Assembly (NCBI GenBank): GCA_963843975.1
Contig: CAWJMG010000003.1
Location: 420,001 to 452,000 of the forward strand
Source of the DNA: an uncultured Actinomycetes bacterium
GTDB lineage: Bacteria > Actinomycetota > Actinomycetes > S36-B12 > CAIYMF01
Reading direction: 5' to 3'
Length of the DNA stretch: 32,000 nt
Shown here: positions 23,957 to 30,234 of the stretch, one piece after another
How positions within the stretch are numbered: the stretch's first letter is position 1
Layout of the letters: each line of letters opens with the position of its first letter
The notes under the pieces: model-generated
The model's database searches: none
What the model saw: the letters and a program-made list of their open reading frames with translations, nothing else
Told to the model about the DNA's origin: nothing
Made by a program: the position numbers and the translations under genes

Positions 23957-24597
23957 AGGCGCTCGTGCTCGACTTCGGCGGCCCCGTGCTGCGCACGCCG
24001 TTCGAGCTGCTGCGCGGCGGCGAGACGCGGATGGGTCTGCCGACCGGATCGCTCGCGTGGACCGGCCCGTTCGACCCGTCCGCCGACGCCGACTGGCGGG
24101 CGATGCAGGCGCACGAGATCACCGAGCGCGACTACTGGCAGCGCAAGGCCGACGAGTTCGCCTCGCTCACGGGGCGCGAGGCGTCGTTCCGCGGGCTCAT
24201 GGACGTGCTGTTCGCCGCGCCGGAGGACGAGCTCGTGCGGCCCGAGGCGCGTCGCCTCGTCGAGGACGCGCGCGAGGCGGGCTTCGCGATCGCCGTCCTC
24301 ACCAACGACATGCAGGCCTTCCACGGGCTCGAGTGGGTGCAGAGCAACAGGTTCCTGACGCTCGTAGACGTGCTCGTCGACGGATCGGTCGAGCACGTGC
24401 TCAAGCCCGATCCGGCGATCTACGAGATGGCCACCGACCGGCTGGGGATCGCCGCGGCGGACTGCCTGTTCGTCGACGACCAGCCCGGCAACATCGCCGG
24501 CGCCGAGGCCGTGGGGATGGCAGCGGTCTGGTTCGACGTCACGCACCCGGAGTCGTCGTACGCGAAGGTGCGGGCATTGCTCGGGATGGGTGGCTGA
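23953..24597 (+). CDS. HAD-superfamily hydrolase (DxG motif-I variant), paralog of 9290-9919
   Basis: GTG 23953 overlaps the upstream stop (GTGA). Motif I is LVLDFGGPVL, motif II is AVLTND, and motifs III/IV are VLKPDP...CLFVDDQPGNIAGA. The cap region TPFELLRGGETRMGLPTGSLAWTGPF aligns with SPFERFGELEARTGMPQGTLPRGPF of the other copy. Confidence 0.8.
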   Translation: MKALVLDFGGPVLRTPFELLRGGETRMGLPTGSLAWTGPFDPSADADWRAMQAHEITERDYWQRKADEFASLTGREASFRGLMDVLFAAPEDELVRPEARRLVEDAREAGFAIAVLTNDMQAFHGLEWVQSNRFLTLVDVLVDGSVEHVLKPDPAIYEMATDRLGIAAADCLFVDDQPGNIAGAEAVGMAAVWFDVTHPESSYAKVRALLGMGG

Positions 24598-24661
24598 GGA
24601 TGTCTGCGACGCGACCGCCCGCGAGCGCCCTCGCGGGGTGCCTCTGTGGTGGGATCGGCTC

Positions 24662-25996
24662 GTGACCTTCCGTGCTGCCGTCGTCGGCGCCGGGCCCTCG
24701 GGCCTGTACGCGGCCGACGCCCTTGCCTCTGCCGGTGTCCACGTCGACGTGATCGAGCGGCTGCCCGTGCCGTTCGGGCTCGTGCGCTACGGCGTCGCGC
24801 CCGACCACTTCTCGATCCGCTCCGTCCGCGACACCCTCGCGAAGGTCCTGGCGCGGCCCGAGGTGCGGCTGCTGGCCGGTGTCGAGGTGGGCGTCGACGT
24901 CACAGTCGACGAGCTCGTCGCGGCGTACGACGCGGTGGTGCTGACCTACGGCGCCTCGCGCGACCGGCACCTCGACGTCCCGGGCGAGGACCTGCCCGGC
25001 AGCGTCGCGGCCACCGACCTCGTCAACTGGTACTGCGGCCACCCGGACGCCGACCGCTCTGCGATCGAGGCCGCGCTGTCCGGCGTCACGTCGGCCGTGG
25101 TGATCGGCGTCGGGAACGTCGCGGTCGACGTCGCCCGCGTGCTCGTCGCTCCGGCCGAGCGCCTTGCGGCCACGGACATGCCTCAGCACGTGCTCGACGT
25201 GCTCGCCTCCACCGGGATCACCGACGTGCACGTGCTCGGCCGGCGTACGGCGGCGCACGCCAACTGGACGACGAAGGAGCTGCGCGAGCTCGGCGAGCTC
25301 GACGGCGTGGACGTCGCGTGCGGAGAGGTCGAGCTCGTGTCGGAGCCGGTCGCGGACCGCCTCGACGCCGACGACCGCGTCGTGCACCGCAACCTCGAGG
25401 TGCTGCACGAGTGGTCGCACCGCGCACCCACCGACGCCGGCAAGCGGATCCACCTGCACTTCCACGCGCGACCGGCGGAGCTGCGCGGCACCGACCGCGT
25501 CGAGACGCTCGTGGTCGAGCGCACGCGCGTCGACGACGACGGCAGCGCGCACGGCACGGGCGAGACATGGGAGCTCCCGGCCCAGCTCGTGATCCGTTCG
25601 GTCGGCTACCGCGGCGAGCCGCTCGAGGGCGTGCCGTTCGACCCGCGCCGCAACGTCGTGCGCAACGACGAGGGCCGCGTAGTCGACGAGTCTGGCGCGC
25701 AGGTGCCCGGGCTGTACGTCGCCGGATGGATCAAGCGCGGGCCCAGCGGGATCATCGGCACCAACAAGAAGGACGCCGGCGCCACGGTCGCGCACCTGCT
25801 CGAGGACCTCGAGGGCCGCTCGGCGCGCGAGGGTGACGGCGTCGTACCCCTGCTCGCCTCGCGCGGCGTCACGCCCGTGGGCCTCGCCGGCTGGGAGTCG
25901 ATCGACGCCGCCGAGCGTGCCCTCGGCGCGACCCAGGGCCGCGACCGCACGACGCTGCACGACCGCGACTCCCTCATAGCCGCCACCCGCCCCTGA
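24662..25996 (+). CDS. FprA / adrenodoxin-reductase-type NADPH:ferredoxin oxidoreductase
   Basis: The ORF track gives 24590..25996. GTG 24662 places AAVVGAGPSGLYAA near the N-terminus, as in FprA; GTG 24590 is the alternative. The family signature comprises PFGLVRYGVAPDH, VIGVGNVAVDVARVL (NADPH site) and VGYRGEP...GWIKRGPSGIIGTNK. Confidence 0.85.
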   Translation: MTFRAAVVGAGPSGLYAADALASAGVHVDVIERLPVPFGLVRYGVAPDHFSIRSVRDTLAKVLARPEVRLLAGVEVGVDVTVDELVAAYDAVVLTYGASRDRHLDVPGEDLPGSVAATDLVNWYCGHPDADRSAIEAALSGVTSAVVIGVGNVAVDVARVLVAPAERLAATDMPQHVLDVLASTGITDVHVLGRRTAAHANWTTKELRELGELDGVDVACGEVELVSEPVADRLDADDRVVHRNLEVLHEWSHRAPTDAGKRIHLHFHARPAELRGTDRVETLVVERTRVDDDGSAHGTGETWELPAQLVIRSVGYRGEPLEGVPFDPRRNVVRNDEGRVVDESGAQVPGLYVAGWIKRGPSGIIGTNKKDAGATVAHLLEDLEGRSAREGDGVVPLLASRGVTPVGLAGWESIDAAERALGATQGRDRTTLHDRDSLIAATRP

Positions 25997-26001
25997 CCCC
26001 C

Positions 26002-26051
26002 GATTTGGTAGTGCTCAAGCGTCACCCGTGACGCCCTGGCACTACCAAATC
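26002..26051 (+). terminator. nested palindrome (13-bp outer arms, 7-bp inner arms) directly after the reductase stop and upstream of the ECF sigma gene; terminator and/or operator
   Basis: gatttggtagtgc (26002-26014) pairs with gcactaccaaatc (26039-26051). Inside, gcgtcac (26019-26025) pairs with gtgacgc (26028-26034), with symmetric 4-nt spacers. The arms are unusually AT-rich for this DNA. No U-tract. Confidence 0.45.
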
Positions 26052-26129
26052 GACTGGCGTGCAACCTCGGGCGGTCCCAGTTCCGTGTAGGTGGCGGAAC
26101 GGGTTGCGACGTACGGGGAGGATGACGGC

Positions 26130-26657
26130 GTGAGCGCGGGGGAGTCGGACTTCCGGGGCTGGGTGGCCGAGGGCCGCGCAGACCTGCGGCGTACGGCGTA
26201 CCTGCTCTGCGGCGACTGGTACCTCGCCGACGACCTGGTGCAGGAGACGCTCGCGCGGATGTTCTCGGGGTGGGACCGAGTCACGCGCAGCGGTGCGCCC
26301 GACGGGTACGCCCGCAAGGTGCTCGTGAACCTCGCTCTCGACCATCGGCGACGTCCGTCACGGCGCGAGGCGTCGGTGGCCGTTCTGCCCGAGCGTCCGT
26401 CGGTGGCGGAGGCGTCGTACGTCGACGGCGACGGGCCGGCGGTGATCGCGGCGCTGCAGGACGTCCCCGCCGGGCAGCGCGCGGTGCTGGTGCTGCGCTA
26501 CTGGGAGGACCGCTCGATCGAGGAGACCGCGCGTCTGCTCGGCACGAGCGAGGGGAACGTGAAGAGCCAGGCCAGCCGTGGGCTGACGGCCCTGCGCTCG
26601 GCGCTCGCCGACCGCGGGATCGTCACCGAGCCGATGCCGGAGGAGGCGCAGCCATGA
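26130..26657 (+). CDS. ECF (sigma-70 family, SigE-like group) RNA polymerase sigma factor
   Basis: The ORF track gives 26091..26657. GTG 26130 follows GGGGAGGA by 7 nt. Region 2 is RTAYLLCGDWYLADDLVQETLARMF. Region 4 is QRAVLVLRYWEDRSIEETARLLGTSEGNVKSQASRGL. Confidence 0.85.
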   Translation: MSAGESDFRGWVAEGRADLRRTAYLLCGDWYLADDLVQETLARMFSGWDRVTRSGAPDGYARKVLVNLALDHRRRPSRREASVAVLPERPSVAEASYVDGDGPAVIAALQDVPAGQRAVLVLRYWEDRSIEETARLLGTSEGNVKSQASRGLTALRSALADRGIVTEPMPEEAQP

Positions 26658-27971
26658 GCAGCCAGCAGCTGAAGGACCTGTTCGAGGCCGGCCTCGCCGC
26701 GCCCGCACCGGACCGCGTCGACGTCGACGCCGCCATCGCGACCGGTCGACGACGTCGCCGGATCCGAGTCGGCTCAACGGTTCTGGCGTCGTGCGCCGCC
26801 GTGTTCGTCGCTGTGCTCATCACTGCGGGCCTCATCCCGCGCTCGTCGACGCTGCCGCCGGTGAGCCCGAGCGTCTCCCAGACCGTGTCTCCAAGCGGGA
26901 GCGCAGTCCCGATCCCCACCTCCACCTGGACGCCGGGAGACGCGGGGATGGCCGCACTCGCCGAGGGCTACCTCGCGGTCGGTGACGACCGCTGCCTGGT
27001 GCTCGTCGACGGCGGCCAAGGCGTCCCCGAGATCGTGCCGGTCTGGCCGTCCGGCTTCACAGCGCTCGACACCGGCACCGGCATCGTCGTGCTGGACGCC
27101 AGCGGTGCGGAGGTCGCCCGCACGGGGGAAAGGATCAGTCTCGGCGGAGGCTTCAGCGACGGGGTGGCCGCCGGTCCGTCCTGCACCGGTCAGGCGCGCA
27201 AGCAGTACCAGGTCCAGGCGGCGCCGCCGTACCAGCGCGTGGTGCCTCCGACCGCTGACGGGCCGTGGGTGCCGGTCCAGTCGTCGGACGCCTTCGGTCG
27301 CTGGCTCCCCGAAGCGATCGCAGGCCGGGACGCAGTCGGCGCCGAGGGCGGCAGCGGCTCCCCGTTGGAGATGACGTTCGGCGTCACCGCGCTCGGGCAG
27401 ACGGTGTCGGCGTCCGACGGATGCAACTCGATCGGCGGTCGGTACGCGGCCGGTCCTGACGGTGCCTTCACGAGCGCGGTGATGTCGAGTGCCATGGCGT
27501 GCCAGCCGTACCCCTGGAAGCTCGGTCGGCTTCCTGCTCGATCGCGGCCGATCCATCGAGGTGTCGGCGTCGGACCCGGTCAGGCTGCGCCTGCTGGACT
27601 CCGGGGGCACCGTGCTGGCCGTCTACGTGCGCGACGGCGAAGGCGGGCCAGAGTCGACGGGGGCGCAGGCACGGGCGGTGAAGCTGTGCACGAAGACGCT
27701 GGCCTCCTTCCCCGACGGCGCGGAGCTGCTGTTCTCCCGCCCCACCACGGTCGAGGGCGTGCGAGGCCTCTCCGGCGGACCTTCCGGTGCGGCGATCGTG
27801 GCCGACGCGTGGCCCGAGCTCGCCGGCTCGGAGCTCGCAGCCTGGTGCACGATCCGCTCGTCCTACGGCTACAGCATCAGTGCCGCCGCCACCCAGGGTC
27901 GCTCGATCACTGTGGTCCAGTCCGACATGCCGCTCGGCGACCCCGGGACCGACGGGCCGCCGATCCCTTGA
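26654..27971 (+). pseudogene. sigma-coupled single-pass membrane protein with extracytoplasmic META domain, interrupted by an apparent +1 frame change near 27515-27535
   Basis: ATG 26654 overlaps the sigma stop (ATGA). The TM is VLASCAAVFVAVLITAGL. The META-like SASDGCNSIGGRYAAGPDGAFTSAVMSSAMACQP lies in frame 1. High third-position GC and a plausible continuation (VGFLLDRGRSIEVSASDPVRLRLLDSGGTVLAVYV) then move to the frame of track ORF 27489..27971. Frame 1 itself has no stop until 28915 and turns to Arg-rich junk. Confidence 0.6.
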
Positions 27972-27985
27972 TCCGGGACCTCGCC

Positions 27986-28561
27986 TCAGGCGGCGGCGCG
28001 GGTGGGGTCGTGGCGCAGGTCGGCGGGGCGGGCGACCAGCTCGAGGACGGCGCCGGCGCGGGGGCGGGCGCCGAGGCTGAGCAGCAGGTCGCGGGAGGCA
28101 CCCTCGGTGACGACGCCGAGCAGGCGCACCTCGTCCAGCGAGGCGCACGCGGTGGCGATCCGGTGCATGAGCGCCGAGGCGAGCAGGCGGCCGAGGCCGT
28201 CGCCGCGCCACTGCCCGGCTACCGCGCCCGCGGCGAGCCACGATCGGGCTGGGCCGAAGCCCGGCAGGCTGGCGTCGTCGATCAGAGGGGAGATGCCCGA
28301 CGCGAGCGCGTCGGCCAGGCGGTCGCGCACGGGTGCTGCGGCAGCGAAGCCGACGACGTCGTCGTCCCAGGTGAGGGTGACGAGGATGCCCCCGGCGCGG
28401 GCGATCAGCTCGGGGAGGGCGCCGACGTGGTCGGCGAGGTCGCCGTACGACAGGTCGACGAGCGTGGTCAGCGCGTCATGCTCGAGGAGCCCCTCGGCGA
28501 CGTGGACACGCAGTGCTGCAGGCATGGTGCGCAGGTCCGTCATGACCTCCTGATCGGTCAT
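27986..28561 (-). CDS. GNAT-family N-acetyltransferase
   Basis: 191-aa ORF; alternative starts at Met7 and Met13. The acetyl-CoA binding motif is VAGQWRGDGLGRLLASAL (Q/RxxGxG/A). Confidence 0.7.
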   Translation of the reverse strand: MTDQEVMTDLRTMPAALRVHVAEGLLEHDALTTLVDLSYGDLADHVGALPELIARAGGILVTLTWDDDVVGFAAAAPVRDRLADALASGISPLIDDASLPGFGPARSWLAAGAVAGQWRGDGLGRLLASALMHRIATACASLDEVRLLGVVTEGASRDLLLSLGARPRAGAVLELVARPADLRHDPTRAAA

Positions 28562-28626
28562 CGAAGACCCCGTCCGAAGGAAACAGGCCCGCCAACGACG
28601 CGAGACGCCTCACAGGGCCGCACAGC

Positions 28627-28666
28627 GGTAGTCAGAACGGAGGGTATGGCGTCCGTTCTGACTACC
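28627..28666 (-). terminator. 15-bp perfect-stem hairpin, 10-nt loop, 8 nt downstream of the carbonic anhydrase stop
   Basis: ggtagtcagaacgga (28627-28641), loop gggtatggcg, then tccgttctgactacc (28652-28666) is the exact reverse complement. The stem is comparatively AT-rich. No U-tract on the minus strand. Confidence 0.45.
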
Positions 28667-28673
28667 AGTGGCG

Positions 28674-29186
28674 TCAGACGTCGCGGGGGTGCAGGAGTCC
28701 GGTGGCGACGTCGTAGACCGCGCCGGCGACGGCGATGTCCTTCGGCAGCAGCGGGTACGACCGGATGCGGCGGACGTCGAGGGCGAGTGCGGCCTCCTGG
28801 TCGTCCACCGTGCGGAACTCGACCGAGGCCGTCTCGACACCGTACTCCTCGCGGATCGTGTCGTGGATCTGCTCCTCGGTCGCGCTCGCCATCTTGCAGT
28901 CGGTGTGCGGCATGACGAGAACCCGGTCGACGCCGAGGAGGTACGTCGCCAGCACGAGCGTGCGCAGGACGTCGTCGGTCACGCGGGCGCCGGCGTTGCG
29001 CAGGATCTTGACGTCGCCGTGCTTCATGCCGACGAGCGCGAGCGGCTCGATGCGGCTGTCCATGCACGTGATGATCGCCAGGCCCTGGGCGGCGCGGCCC
29101 CCGAGCGTGGAGGCGACGTACCGCGACGCGTAGGCGCTGTTGCCCTCGAGCACGTCGCCGAAGGACTCGCCCGGGAACGTCGTCAT
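28674..29186 (-). CDS. beta-class carbonic anhydrase
   Basis: 170 aa. The zinc ligand motifs are CMDSR and HTDCKM, with spacing typical of short actinobacterial beta-CAs. Confidence 0.9.
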   Translation of the reverse strand: MTTFPGESFGDVLEGNSAYASRYVASTLGGRAAQGLAIITCMDSRIEPLALVGMKHGDVKILRNAGARVTDDVLRTLVLATYLLGVDRVLVMPHTDCKMASATEEQIHDTIREEYGVETASVEFRTVDDQEAALALDVRRIRSYPLLPKDIAVAGAVYDVATGLLHPRDV

Positions 29187-29244
29187 GCGGCCAGCCTAGG
29201 CGGAACTGCACTTCCTACGTGGGGGAGGGTCGCCGGGCGGGAGC

Positions 29245-30234
29245 TCAGAGCCAGGGCGCAGCGGGGACGGGCACGTCCGCGACCCAGGAGGCGACCGGCA
29301 CCGCGGCCTTCCCGCAGGACTCGCTGCGGTCGGGCAGCGCCGACTCCACGCGTCGCACGGTCACGGTCCACGACCGGCCGTCGACGTGCCGCACCTCGAG
29401 GTCGGCCACGCCACCCTCGCCGACGTACGACAGCGGCACGGGAGCCGCGTGCTCGCCGACGCGGCGCAGCACATCGATGTCGTCGAGGCCGTCGACCGAC
29501 TCGCCCAGGCGTACGGCGATAGCCGCGACCTGAGCCGGCGCGGCGGCCGACGTACGACCACGGAGGAGCGGCATCGCGCCGATGCGGCCGTCGAGCGCCG
29601 AGTCGAGCACCTCGGTCGCAGCGGCGAGGTCGAGGCGGCCGAACACGTTGCCCGAGGGCAGCAGCATCGCAGTGGGGGCGAAGCGGTGACCGCCGAGGTG
29701 GTTCACCTCGAGCACACGGGCGGCGTGCGGCCCGGCCGCGAGTCCTTCTGCCAGAGGCAGTCCCTCGATCGCGCAGCAGCGGTCGCGTCGGGCGTTCGTG
29801 CACACGAGCAGGAGCGGCGAGTCGTCCTTGGTGCCCCACGGCGGCAGCTGGCCCTGGCCGGCGTCGCGCAGGAGGTCGGGCAGCTCGGGGCGCAGCAGGG
29901 TGGAGTCCTGCAGCACGCCGCTGCGCATCCGCACACCGCCCGGGGCCGAGTGCGCGAACCAGAAGCGGCGGCTCGCGGTGGTCTCGTGCTCGTCGGCATG
30001 CCGGCCGACGGTGCGGGCCAGCAGCACCGACGTGCGGGTGCCCTCGGCGGCAGCGCCCACCGCGGCGCCGACGGCAGCGGGCAGGTGGGACTCGGTGAGC
30101 GCCAGCCGGCCGTAGGGGCCGGGCTGCTCGAGCACGAGCCAGGCGCGGGCGAGCGGAGCGGTGCCGGGCATGGGCTCGGCGAGCCTCGCTGAGACGACCG
30201 AGCAGCGCTGGTCGTCGGTCACGGGGGCGCTCAC
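29245..30234 (-). CDS. sucrase/ferredoxin-like (thioredoxin-fold [2Fe-2S]-type) family protein
   Basis: Only the C-terminal 329 codons of track ORF 29245..30897 look coding. GTG 30234 overlaps the ParC-like stop (GTGA). LLLVCTNARRDRCCA...VNHLGGHRFAP matches the Suc_Fer-like Cys/His pattern as I recall it. Confidence 0.75.
   Translation of the reverse strand: MSAPVTDDQRCSVVSARLAEPMPGTAPLARAWLVLEQPGPYGRLALTESHLPAAVGAAVGAAAEGTRTSVLLARTVGRHADEHETTASRRFWFAHSAPGGVRMRSGVLQDSTLLRPELPDLLRDAGQGQLPPWGTKDDSPLLLVCTNARRDRCCAIEGLPLAEGLAAGPHAARVLEVNHLGGHRFAPTAMLLPSGNVFGRLDLAAATEVLDSALDGRIGAMPLLRGRTSAAAPAQVAAIAVRLGESVDGLDDIDVLRRVGEHAAPVPLSYVGEGGVADLEVRHVDGRSWTVTVRRVESALPDRSESCGKAAVPVASWVADVPVPAAPWL

Noticed and set aside
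9290-25996. Catabolic cluster as a horizontally acquired genomic island or mobile element
   Set aside because: No integrase, transposase, flanking direct or inverted repeats, tRNA attachment site or visible compositional shift is present. Acquisition cannot be judged from this window alone.
26091-26130. GGAAC at 26097-26101 as an autoregulated ECF -35 element
   Set aside because: It lies inside or immediately next to the candidate coding start, and no properly spaced CGT-type -10 element is upstream of either start codon. This cannot be supported without transcription start site data.
26654-28915. Single 753-aa protein reading straight through from ATG 26654 to the first stop at 28915
   Set aside because: After about 27526 this frame loses its third-position GC bias and becomes Arg-rich. 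It would also run antisense through the GNAT and carbonic anhydrase genes. A frame switch to the 27489..27971 frame fits much better.
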